Shown piece by piece: positions 11,879 through 23,720 of a DNA stretch of 64,000 bases. The notes under the pieces are model-generated. The model had not been told where the DNA came from and did no database searches. It saw only the letters and a program-made list of their open reading frames with translations. Both the position numbers and the translations under genes were made by a program. The stretch's first letter is position 1. Each line of letters starts with the position of its first letter. Source of the DNA: Squalus acanthias (lineage: Eukaryota); contig CM059435.1 in the NCBI GenBank assembly GCA_030390025.1, positions 67,580,001 through 67,644,000 of the forward strand, in the 5' to 3' direction.

Positions 11879-12966
11879 GGGCTGCATTTTGTCTTGGGGT
11901 CGGGTTGGGGTCGTGTCATCCGCATTTCGTGTTCCCCCCCCCCGACTCCAGATTAATGTGGATGAATGATGCAATTTTCACTTAATTGGGCAATTGAGTT
12001 CCAGCATGTGGGTTTCCTCCGGGTGCTCCGGTTTCCTCCCACTGTCCAAAAAAAAATGTGCGGGTTAGGTTGATTTGGCTATGATAAATTGACCCTTAGT
12101 GTTAGGGGGGGATTAAATATGTGGGGTTATGGGGATAGGATGGGATATGTTAGGGGGAATTAAATACGTGGGGTTACGGGGGTCGGGTGGGATATGTGTA
12201 CTGTGGGGATTAAGGCAGGGACAGGGTACTGGATTTGAATGATCAGCCATGATCGTATTGAATGGTGGTGCAGGCTCGATGGGCCGAATGGCCTACTCCT
12301 GCTCCTAGATTCTATGTTTGTTTCTATGTTTCTATGTGGGAACCCATGAACTAATTAGTGGTTTCAGTCTGAAAGTCGCCTCTGATGATGTCATCATTGC
12401 TGACTGCCTGGTCTCAGAGACTGTCTGGATGTTGGTGAGAGAGGACCTGCCTGGCTTTTGATGTGAGTGGACCTGGATGCAAAATGAGAGAGAGAGAGAG
12501 TATTTTTTTTCCATCCAAGTCCTCTCACAGCAAAGGCCATGCAGTCTCTGAAGACATTCAATGCAGCAGCATCAGAGGCGACTTTCACACCTAATACTAC
12601 TACTACCTTCATCATCACATCTCCGTTGTAATAGTGGACCTGCAGCTGATAGTCAGCTATCCACTTGTGCTCCCGCCAGGTTTCACTGGAGTGTTTCACA
12701 TCAGGCGTACTTCACGTCGGAAAAGGGTTAAACTAGCTAAAACGTTTCAAAATGGCATTACAGAGCCAATTTAGGGCTTGTTAAGGGCTTTAATGGCCTC
12801 TCCCGCCTCTTGGAGGCGGGACGGAGTCGGGAACACCGCGACTGATTTTGTCAAAATTGCGTGGAGGTGGGATGTAGTCGGGATGGGGTCGGGACCCCCG
12901 ACCCCGCAAATTTAACCCCCCACACGCCTCCAAACCCGACTCCATGGGTCATTCAAAATCCAGCCC
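11879..12966. mobile_element. PIF/Harbinger-like MITE A (carries an HE1 SINE insertion)
   Basis: TIRs GGGCTGCATTTTG / CAAAATCCAGCCC (12 of 13 complementary); 3-bp TSD TCC at 11876-78 and 12967-69; no transposase. Confidence 0.8.
12006..12340 (+). mobile_element. HE1-like V-SINE, 5'-truncated
   Basis: V-SINE core tgggtttcctccgggtgctccggtttcctcccac; CR1-derived tail gatgggccgaatggcctactcctgctcct..(tttctatg)n; flanked by direct ATGTGGG. Confidence 0.85.
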
Positions 12967-13499
12967 TCCATCTCCCAGTCCCCCTCTCAGACTCTCCATC
13001 TCCCAGTCCCCCTCTCAGACTCTCCATCTCCCAGTCCCCCTCTCAGAATCTCCATCTCCCAGTCCCCGTCTCAGACTCTCCATCTCCCAATCCCCCTCTC
13101 AGACTCTCCATCTCCCAGTCCCCCTCTCAGAATCTCCATCTCCCAGTCCCCGTCTCAGACTCTCCATCTCCCAGTCCCCGTCTCAGACTCTCCATCTCCC
13201 AGTCCCCGTCTCAGACTCTCCGTCTCCCAGTCCCCGTCTCAGAATCTCCATCTCCTAGTCCCCGTATCAGACTCTCCATCTCCCAGTCCCTGTCTCAGAC
13301 TCTCCGTTTCCCAGTCCCCGTCTCAGGATCTCCGTCTCCCAGTCTCCATCTCAGACTCTGTCTCCCAGTCCCCGTCTCAGACTCTCCGTCTCCCAGTCCC
13401 CGTCTCAGACTCTCCGTCTCCCAGTCCCCGTCTCTGACTCTCCATCTCCCAGTCCCCGTCTCAGACTCTCAGTCTCCCAGTCCCTGTCTCAGACTCTCG
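12967..13499. repeat. Minisatellite, 28-bp unit CTCCATCTCCCAGTCCCCGTCTCAGACT, about 19 copies
   Basis: Direct tandem repetition. Confidence 0.97.
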
Positions 13500-14338
13500 G
13501 GGCTGGATTTTGCCAGCCGATACGAGTCGGGGGCGGGATTTCTGGTTTCCGTGTTTTAGTCCCGCCCTCAGCGACGTCTGACGAACAAACGCTATTTTCC
13601 CTTGATTGTCCTTGTTAAGCCTGCCAATTAAGGGAAAGCCGGTGTCAGATAACATCAGTGCATGACGCTTCATCTGCCGGTTTTCTTAAAGGGACAGGCC
13701 CCATAATTTTTTGACAGAGTAATTGGTAGTGTTTGACAGCATTGAGGTGCTGTCAAACACTGACAATCACTGTCTAAAGGTGAGCCCTTGCACCCAGGCT
13801 CACCAATGACTCTCTCCTTAGGAGAAAACAGATGGCAGCTGCATGTGAGATTGCAGAAGCCATCTGTCAATTCTCCCGATCAGATGAGGCTTCACAGAAA
13901 CATCAAATCTTGTCACCTGCAGATACATATAAACAGAATAAAAATATTTCTCACTACATTCTCTCACCTGTCATACTTAGCTGTGCGCAATTGCACCCAT
14001 CACACTACCTCTGCAGTTGTCATTTGCACACTTACACTGCAGCAGACCCACAGCTCACCTCACTGACCCTGGCGGGGTTTCCCACCATCGGGAAGCCCGC
14101 ATCAGCAGGCTGAAAATGGGGAAAAGCCTCTTAACTGCCTGTTAACAGGCAGTTAATTGGCTCTAATCCCCCTCCCGCCGCTAGGAGATGGGTCCCTGCG
14201 CGAGTCGGGGACCCGCCTCCCGGGAAGATGGTTCGGAGGCGGATTGGGAGCGGGGTTGGGACCCGCTCCCAATTTTTCCCATTTTCCCAGCAGTCTCGCC
14301 TCCAAATCCGCCTCCTCAGGGCTGGTAAAATCCAGCCC
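13500..14338. mobile_element. PIF/Harbinger-like MITE B
   Basis: TIRs GGGCTGGATTTTGCCAGCC / GGCTGGTAAAATCCAGCCC (18 of 19 complementary); 3-bp TSD TCG at 13497-99 and 14339-41; internal hairpin at 13728-13761 and palindrome at 14131-14156. Confidence 0.85.
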
Positions 14339-16928
14339 TCGATCTCCCAGTCCCCCGTCTCAGACCCTCAGTCCCCCGTCTCAGACCCTCGGTCTCCCAG
14401 TCCCATCTCAGACTCTCGGTCCCCCGTCTCAGACCCTCGGTCTCCCAGTCCCATCTCAGACTCTCGGTCCCCCGTCTCAGACCCTCGGTCTCCCAGTCCC
14501 ATCTCAGACTCTCGGTCCCCCGTCTCAGGCTCTCGGTCTCCCATCCCCGTCTCAGACTCTCGGTCTCCCATCCCCCGTCTCAGACTCTCGGTCTCCCATC
14601 CTTGTCTCAGACTCTAGGTCTCCCATCCCCCGTCTCAGACTCTCGGTCTCCCATCCCCGTCTCAGACTCTCGGTCTCCCATCCCCCGTCTCAGACTCTCG
14701 GTCTCCCATCCTTGTCTCAGACTCTAGGTCTCCCATCCTCGTCTCAGACTCTCGGTCTCCCATCCCCGTCTCAGACTCTCGGTCTCCCATCCCCCGTCTC
14801 AGGCTCTCGGTCCCCCATCTCAGACTCTCGGTCTCCCATCCTTGTCTCAGACTCTAGGTCTCCCATCCTTGTCTCAGACTCTCGGTCCCCCGTCTCAGGT
14901 TCTCGGTCTCCCATCCCCGTCTCAGACTCTCGGTCTCTCATCCTTGTCTCAGACTCTAGGTCTCCCATCCTCGTCTCAGGCTCTCGGTCTCCCAATCTTG
15001 TCTCAGACTCTCGGTCTCCCATCCCCCATCTCAGACTCTCGGTCTCCCATCCTCGTCGCAGGCTCTCGGTCTCCCATCCCTGTCTCAGACTCTCGGTCTC
15101 CCATCCTCGTCTCAGACTCTTGGTCTCCCATCCTCGTCTCAGACTCTCGGTCTCCCATCCCCGTCTCAGACTCTCGGTCTCCCATCCTTGTCTCAGACTC
15201 TAGGTCTCCCATCCTCGTCTCAGACTCTCGGTCTCCCATCCCCGTCTCAGACTTTCGGTCTCCCATCCCCCGTCTCAGACTCTCGGTCTCCCATCCTCGT
15301 CTCAGGCTCTCGATCTCCCATCCCCGTCTCAGGCTCTCGGTCCCCCATCTCAGACTCTAGGTCTCCCATCCTTGTCTCAGACTCTCGGTCCCCCGTCTCA
15401 GGCTCTCGGTCTCCCATCCCCGTCTCAGACACTCGGTCTCCCATCCTTGTCTCAGACTCTAGGTCTCCCATCCTCGTCTCAGGCTCTCGGTCTCCCAATC
15501 TTGTCTCAGACTCTCGGTCTCCCATCCCCCATCTCAGACTCTCGGTCTCCCATCCTCGTCTCAGACTCTCGGTCTCCCATCCTCGTCGCAGGCTCTCGGT
15601 CTCCCATTCCTGTCTCAGACTCTCGGTCTCCCATCCTCGTCGCAGGCTCTCGGTCTCCCATCCCTGTCTCAGACTCTCGGTCTCCCATCCTCGTCTCAGA
15701 CTCTTGGTCTCCCATCCTCGTCTCAGGCTCTCGGTCTCCTATCCCCGTCTCAGACTCTCGGTCTCCCATCCCTGTCTCAGACTCTCGGTCTCCCATCCCC
15801 GTCTCAGACTCTCGGTCTCCCATTCCCCCGTCTCAGACTCTCGGTCTCCCATCCCTGTCTCAGACTCTCGGTCTCCCATCCCCATCTCAGACTCTCGGTC
15901 TCCCATCCCCGTCTCAGGCTCTCGGTCTCCCATCCTCGTCTCAGACTCTCGGTCTCCCATCCCCCATCTCAGACTCTCGGTCTCCCATCCCCGTCTCAGA
16001 CTCTCGGTCTCCCATCCCCGTCTCAGGCTCTCGGTCTCCCATCCCCGTCTCAGACTCTCGGTCTCCCATCCCCCATCTCAGACTCTCGGTCTCCCATCCC
16101 CGTCTCAGACTCTCGGTCTCCCATCCCCCGTCTCAGACTCTCGGTCTCCCATCCCCGTCTCAGACTCTCAGTCTCCCATCCCCGTCTCAGGCTCTTGGTC
16201 TCCCATCCCCGTCTCAGACTCTCGGTCTCCCATCCCCGTCTCAGACTCTCGGTCTCCCATCCCCATCTCAGACTCTCGGTCTCCCATCCCTGTCTCAGAC
16301 TCTCGGTCTCCCATCCCCGTCTCAGACTCTCGGTCTCCCATCCCCATCTCAGACTCTCGGTCTCCCATCCCCGTCTCAGACTCTCGGTCTCCCATCCCCG
16401 TCTCAGACTCTCGGTCTTCCATCCCCGTCTCAGACTCTCGGGCTACCATCCCCCGTCTCAGACTCTCGGTCTCCCATCCCCATCTCAGACTCTCGGTCTC
16501 CCATTCCCCCATCTCAGACTCTCGGTCTCCCAATCTTGTCTCAGACTCTCGGTCTCCCATCCCCGTCTCAGACTCTCGGTCTCCCATTCCCCCATCTCAG
16601 ACTCTCGGTCTCCCAATCTTGTCTCAGACTCTCGGTCTCCCATCCCCGTCTCAGACTCTCGGTCTCCCATCCCCGTCTCAGACTCTCGGTCTTCCATCCC
16701 CGTCTCAGACTCTCGGTCTCCCATCCTCGTCTCAGACTCTCGGTCTCCCATCCCCGTCTCAGACTCTCGGTCTTCCATCCCCGTCTCAGACTCTCGGTCT
16801 CCTATCCCCTGTCTCAGACTTTCGGTCTTCCATCCCCGTCTCAGACTCTCGGTCTTCCATCCCCGTCTCAGACTCTCGGTCTCCCATCCCCGTCTCAGGC
16901 TCTCGGGCTTCCATTCCCCGCTCTCAGC
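14339..16928. repeat. Minisatellite, 27-28-bp unit CTCGGTCTCCCATCCCCGTCTCAGACT, roughly 95 copies
   Basis: Direct tandem repetition over about 2.6 kb; C-rich + strand. Confidence 0.98.
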
Positions 16929-17756
16929 CTTGCTGCCTCTCACTCCCCTCTGTCAGGGCAGGGGGGAATGTTGACTGCTCCAGATGCTAGAAAACTCAAC
17001 AGGATGAAATTGTAGATTGGTGCAAGATATGTCTAATGCAGCACATTAAAGCTTCAAATGATCCCTTTACAGGTGGCAGGAGTTCACACTGGTAATATAT
17101 TATCTTAAACCCAACCTTTATATAGCTTTAAAATGCGCAGTCAAATATCCTGGGATGCAAGGACATTAATTCTCAGTGCAGTAGAATTTCAAAATGTTCC
17201 GTCTCATGATCTCTCAGACATGGGCTTTCCCTTGTGGTCATTTCCAGAATCATGTCTTTTCTACCTGTTAAATGACTGAAGTTTTCTTAATTAAGAACCA
17301 ACAGGGCCCCAGTTGTGTGAGATATATATATATATATATATACATAATGACTACAGTACCGAGCAGTGGAGATTGGAGCGAGCAGGGTAATAGAGACAGC
17401 ATTGACTCTGGCCTCAGCTCCCGCTGGTCATACTGCACCGCTTTATCTGAGGACGGCGTCCAAGAGTGCCAGACAAGGTGTTCCTCTTGGGCCCACCTCA
17501 TACTTCATCTGTAAAGCTGGGGTGCTCTAACTTCTCCAGATACGCCGCTTGCTGCCACAGGCATTTTAATTCAGCTGCCTGTTCTTCCCTTTAAATGGCC
17601 GCAGCAGCAGTGTAAATGTTTCCCCCTTGGTGCTCGCTCCCAGCTTGCAATGATTAGTTAATAAGGGGCAAACCTGCAAATTCTGGTGGGTGTGACCGCA
17701 CGCTGTTCATTATTCCCCCCTGGAGGTGTGCATAACAGAAAATCTACCCTTACGTG

Positions 17757-18057
17757 ATGTGAAACGCAAATTAGATAGATCTGTTTCAGAAAATAACATT
17801 TTGGGATACGGTATATGAGTAATTGGAGACATGATGTGGTAAGTGTAGCGGGCTGGGGAGGAAAAAGTTGACTTTGGACTTATGATCCCTGAAGCTCTTC
17901 ATCACTGGGGGTTTTTCCTTCTGTCATGTCTGGATTTGTTGTAGACTAATTGATAGAGATTGATTGTTATGATTAGTCAACAACTCCATTATCGTATCGT
18001 GCGACTACCAGGATGGTAGAAGGTGTTTTTCGTCTGGCAATTCCTCTGGTCCTATGA
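17757..18057 (+). mobile_element. CR1-like LINE 3' end with long UTR
   Basis: KRKLDRSVSENNILGYG-type ORF2 end followed by a UTR ending ttcctctggtcctatg. Confidence 0.55.
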
Positions 18058-20774
18058 ATTAGATGAACAAAACACCGTGCTTGGACAGCTGACACGCAGC
18101 GCTAAAATAAGCCAGCATTGTTAGGAGTTGTAAAGGATGTAGTAACGTGCTGTGCCAGTGGATTTGTGCCTGTGATTATCAGAACTTTTGATGTCAAGAA
18201 AATGTTAGGAGTGGGCTTTACGAGATAGATTGAGGCCGATCACAAACCCATTAATAAAAAAAAGGTATGGAGCTCTTTTTTGGGGGAGGGATGCGCCGAA
18301 ATCCGTGATCATTTTAAGCCAAAAAATGAGTGAGTCTCAGTCCAACTGACTGACACTTAATAGGCCAAATGATTCTCCATGCAGCAGATACCTAATTGTG
18401 GTCATGATGTTGGGATGAGGTGCCAAGCAGCATCTGACACTTGTATCCTGTCCCCCCACCCTGGTTGCTTTCATTCATCTCCGTATGGATTTGGACAGAA
18501 TAATCCGGTTTTTGAGCCTGCTGTCTGGAAGTTTCCAGGAAGTAAACTGCACATCAAAAATCTAATTTCTTTTTTAAATAAACATTTAGTTTTCCACTAA
18601 TTGTGTGTCGCATGATGTGGAGACATTTGGCTTTGAGGCTATTATTGGGCTTGCCAAGAATTTTCATCAGTAGTAAAGGAAACATCAAAATTGCAAGCCT
18701 TGTCCCAAACTATACTGCACCCTTATCCAGTACTGCAAAAGATGGCAACCCTAGCTCTGTGTATGTGTGAAGTACGCCACTGGGACTCTTCTGGTAGATA
18801 TCATTCACAATCCACTCTTTCTGCCTTCCATTCGGAGTTATAATCAACTTGCTTGTTTGTTGTTTAGATATCTGTATAGCCAACCCCTTTTTAGACAACT
18901 TCTAGCCTCCTTGGGGTGGTAAGTGGGAATTGTTTGGGTTGAGATGGCTACAAGCTGACATTGTCTGACAATGGGCGATTGAAAGCGAGTTGTGTGGCAG
19001 ACTGAGGTAATTCAATCCAGGGTTGTCCGTAGTTCCCCAGGCACTGTCAGTTGACCGGCTAGCTTGGCTCATTAATGGGACCATGAGGGGTAGATCAGTC
19101 ACTGGGGGCTGGGACTCTTCCGACTAGGCTCCAAATAACCCTCAAAGCCATAACCTAATAAGTAGATGGACCTAGTTGGAAAAGCAGTGGGAAGGTAAGC
19201 AGTGGGAAGGTTACCAGTGCTCTCTACTGGTAAGCTGTGCAATTTTAAACCCCATGTAGTACCCATGCATATATTTGGTGTTCCTTCAACCTTAACTATT
19301 GACAGCCTGCGCCGAAGCTCTCTGGATTTAGATAAGTGGGGTGTGTCTTGCAGGTATTGAGGGTGTTGAACAAACATAAAATCTACTTGTGTGGATTTCT
19401 CATAAGTTTGGCTTGAAGATTCATAAGTATAGGTTGTTACCTGTGTCAGGCACCCATCCAATCCCTCAAAAATCCAAAAAATGCCCAGAATCCCAGAAAT
19501 ATGTTCTTGCATAAATCCCATATGGTTTTCCGAGCAATATTGTGTGTTCCGTGATATTGTGCATTTTTTTACTTGAATTTCTGTTAATACCGTCCATTTA
19601 GTGACGTGCTGAGGTCACTGATGATATCTGCACGCATCCGTAGACTTGATATTTGCCGGAAGAAACTAATTCTTTGCAGTTTTGCGGGGTCCTGGACCAT
19701 TTTTAGGTACTGCAGGAGGTGTGTACTGTTTATACAGCAGCAAACATCAGGTTTTAATTCCTTAGTTAGGTATGGAGCAAGGACAGTAGTGTGCTGATAC
19801 AGTTTCCATACTGACAATCCCTCGAAGACTGAGGACACGAATCAATGGCTGAATCAGGGCATACACACTAAGGCATTCTTTACTAAAAGCATGCTCACAA
19901 TTGCCCCCTCCTCCCCTCCTCACCGCCGTGTGTAAACTCCAAAAATTTCTATTATTTCATCATTACAGTGGCAGGTAAGTGGCTGGAGCTACATCAATAA
20001 ACATAATTTCTTCACTTAATTAAAAAAAAAACTATCAAAGATTTAAGCAAGAGACCAACAGTGAACCCCATAAAACGTGGTGTCCATGAACTGTGTAAAT
20101 AATTTTGGGTTGTCACGTAGGTTGACTGTTCCTTGCTTGTTTTATTGCTTTTTAACAGTGCTCAATAAAAACCCTTTTGTTTTGCTGATTTTTTCCAAAT
20201 TCACCTGAGTTCTTTTTGGGTCCAATTCTGTTCCGACTACTCTTCGCCCATTTTAAAAAGCTGAAAATAAAACCTGCAACAAAATAAAATTGGGGTTTTA
20301 AATCGGCAAGAAAAGCTGACTGCAGTATTCTGTATTCATAATTAAACAAATGTGTGAGAAAACTTAGCATGAAATTAAGTTGATGATCTGAATGGTTTTG
20401 CTCATCAGTGAATTTAATGAAAGCACAGGGATTAAAATATTGTCGACACTCTCACACTCGCAGCTTGAAATTACACTGTAGAATTATAGACACAAAGGCT
20501 AAGCACATTCATCTTGCTACTATATTTAGCAGAGCCCCACTTGTTAAACTGCAGAATGTCCTCGCTGTAATGGACAGGAATTTCAGATGAACACATTAAG
20601 CATTTATACCTATTATCCAACAGTGTAATTTCAAGGCTCTAAATCTTTGGCCTGTTTTGCTTTTAAGCAAACAATTAGTTACTGTAATTACTGTATCGGA
20701 TCGGCTGCAATGGGAGAATTAATGTACTAGAGTGATCAACTTTGATGGGGGAAATGTACTGTCAGAATGGCCTT

Positions 20775-21236
20775 CCATAGGAGAGTTGATGCACTGTAGG
20801 GATGGGCTTTGATGGGAGAGTTGATGCGCTGTAGGAATGGGCTTCGATGGGAGAGTTGATGCGCTGTAGGGATGGGCTTTGATGGGAGAGTTGATGCGCT
20901 GTAGGGATGGGCTTCGATGGGAGAGTTGATGCACTGTAGGAATGGGCTTTGATGGGAGAGTTGATGCGCTGTAGGAATGGGCTTCGATGGGAGAGTTGAT
21001 GCGCTGTAGGGATGGGCTTTGATGGGAGAGTTGATGCGCTGTAGGGATGGGCTTCGATGGGAGAGTTGATGCACTGTAGGAATGGGCTTTGATGGGAGAG
21101 TCGATGCACTGTAGGAATGGGCTTTGATGGGAGAGTCGATGCACCGTAGGGATGGGCTTTGATGGGAGACTTGATGCACTGTAGGAATGGGCTTCAATGG
21201 GAGAGTCGATGCGCTGTAGGGATGGGTTATGATGAG
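20775..21236. repeat. Minisatellite, 35-bp unit GATGGGAGAGTTGATGCRCTGTAGGRATGGGCTTY, about 13 copies
   Basis: Direct tandem repetition. Confidence 0.96.
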
Positions 21237-21410
21237 AAAATTGACTTTCTAGAGTGATTAGAGTTGATGTGCCGAATGGCCTTTTATCATTGTGACTTTT
21301 CCTAGAATCTGCTGTTATTTAGAGTAACTTGTGTCGTGAGAACATTTGTAAACTGGTGAAATTGGCCTGTGATGAAATTTGTGCTTACTTTATGCTCTGT
21401 TATTTTACAG

Positions 21411-21493
21411 ATAGACTGTTGAACTAACAACCGAGACAACAGGAGCGTATCCCCTTGGAAATTGATGCTACCCTCTTTGAACCGGAGCTGAGA
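21411..21493 (+). other. CNTN1: 5' UTR part of the CNTN1 ATG-containing exon (exon 21411-21548)
   Basis: Acceptor ctctgttattttacag| at 21410; 138-nt exon, similar in size to the mammalian CNTN1 ATG exon as recalled. Confidence 0.75.
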
Positions 21494-21548
21494 ATGTGGT
21501 TCCTGTTCAGTCATTTTTTTGCATTGTCATTCATTTGCTGCTTGGCAG
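21494..21548 (+). CDS. CNTN1: Contactin-1 first coding exon (signal peptide)
   Basis: MWFLFSHFFALSFICCLA + G|gtaagt (phase 1); resembles human CNTN1 MKMWLLVSHLVIISITTCLA; splices in frame to 47674. Confidence 0.88.
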
Positions 21549-23465
21549 GTAAGTTGAGCGTTGGGCATGACACTGACGTGAAGGGTTTTCTGCTGCTCCC
21601 CTTGGCATGATTTCAGATGCAAAGCACTTCAAGGTCAGGACTGAAATTTCATGAAAGATTAATCTTTGCACTTACAGCTTCCGTTAATCAGCGATCGCGG
21701 CATTCTTGAAGCGTGAAGATGGGCGAATGACTGTGATCTTCGATGCCGATGAGCAACAGTCAGATGAAACAAAAAGAAAAGGCACTGGGGCTGATACAAA
21801 ACCTAACCTTTGTTTGTCTCTCTGTTTGAGCAGTTGAATCCCATGAGTTCCTGTCTACTTTGTGCCAAGTCTATAATTTCACATTAAAAGTACTCTTAAA
21901 AGAGCTCGGTGCAATGTGGGTGAAAGTAATGCTTTTATGAAATTTTATGGATTGATGTCTGACTGATAACTTGCACATCTATCCTGTTTATGGACATAAC
22001 TTAGTGTTTACCAAGTGCTTCCATGAGGTAATGGGCCATTATAACTTCGTATAGACCAGCTCGATTCCCTGATGACCATGCAGCATAGTCCTTAAAAGGA
22101 CATTGCAAAACAGAAAGGTGGTAATTTATTTCTAACTGTCGTTGTGTGCTGGTACAAAGAACACATCAATTATAGATGCAAAGATGCACCAGGCCTTGCA
22201 AAGCTGAAACGTCCAATTTGGTAGGAGCTAAAACCAAGCATCACCAGCTGGCACTTTGAAGGTGCTGCTAATCTGTTACTTCATTCCCAGCTGTCATCTT
22301 GAGGCCAGCATCTACTCACTGAATTCTAAAAATGTTTAGCAAGAAAAATTGTGCTGGGGGTTCAGTCCTTAACGCCAAGCTTTTCCTTCACAAAGTGACT
22401 TCAGTGAAGGGTAGTTCTTGCTGGCGTTTGTTTCAAGCCAGGAAAAAGACCATGGAGTGAATGAATGCAACTTACAGTAAAGGTAGATGTGATTTATTCT
22501 CGGCTCATCTTCCAAACTGCATCAGCAACCTTAATGACCAGTATTAGCCACTTGCATGGAGGAAAAAGAAAAAGAAATTAAACTTTTTTTATCAGCACAA
22601 AAAATGTAAAATCTGGGATGGACGACATATAGTTGGGATATTTAAGTGCCTGGCGTATAAAGTATGTTGGATCCTGCTGAATATTGCCACTATTCTCCCA
22701 CTGACCAAGTGTAGATTCTTAACTACAGAGGGAAATATTTATTGTCATATGTACGTCTTGATGGTAAATGGGATGTAAATTCAGTGAAAAACAAAACCAT
22801 GTTAGTTGGCATTGAAGCCTATCCAGAAACCACTGATATATTTGACAGATTTTGACGAAACAAGTATTGTCTTCTGGCTGTCCATAACAGGCAGTCCATT
22901 GTGGGAAGGCTGTTGTGAACTCAAGATGTGCAGGCACAATAAAGCCAAAGGACTGTCCATTTTCATGCAAAGCGTCCCGCTTATTTCTAGATTGTTCCTT
23001 TTTTGGTGTAAAATGATTATCGTTTGCCATAGCTGCACTGCCATTCCCAAGTCTCCAAGAGAATGGGACTGTCACTGGCTGGAGCCAGAGATGCTCTCCA
23101 TGCAGCCAGCATTAAGCAACAGCCAAGCCCGCTAGGTCAAGAGATGTCCCGATACGGATTTGCGTGCAGACAGTCGTATTCCATGTAGTTTCCTGTTGAA
23201 TGTCTTCAAGTTGTAATTTCTCAAATAACTTCTTAGCAGTATATCCGTTAAATGGAGCGACCTGCCTTTACTTGCTTGACTCTAATCTTTTAAACTTGGA
23301 TTTCCATTATAAATTCTCGTAGAGGTGCAGAGACAACTGGTGCCATGCTATGAATCGCTATATAATGATGTGTGTGACGCATTAAAAGATGACTGGAGGA
23401 ATAGGCGTGGATGAGTCGGCTGGAAGTCACAACTGCTCAGGAAATTGCATTCTCAGAGATTCAAG

Positions 23466-23720
23466 TTGGTGGCCGTACCTTCTGTTGCTTAGACCCTAAG
23501 CTCTGGAATTCCCTGCCTAAACCTCTCCGCCTCTCTGCTTCTCTTGCCTCCTTTAAGACGCTCCTTAAAACCTACCTCTTTGACCGAGCTTTTGGTCACC
23601 TGCCCTAATTTCGCCTTATGTGGCTCGGTGTCAAATTTTTTGTCTTATAATACTCCTATGAAGCGCCTTGGGACGTTTTACTACGTTAAAGGTGCTATAT
23701 AAATACAAGTTGTTGTTGTT
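23466..23720 (+). mobile_element. L2 LINE 3' end
   Basis: GGRTFCCLDPKLWNSLP..FKTLLKTYLF; tail gctatataaatacaag(ttg)n. Confidence 0.88.

Noticed and set aside
12861-17015. Long Ser/Pro-rich ORFs (up to 600 aa)
   Set aside because: They are translations of a stop-poor 27-28-bp minisatellite, open in several frames on both strands, with no splice or domain evidence.
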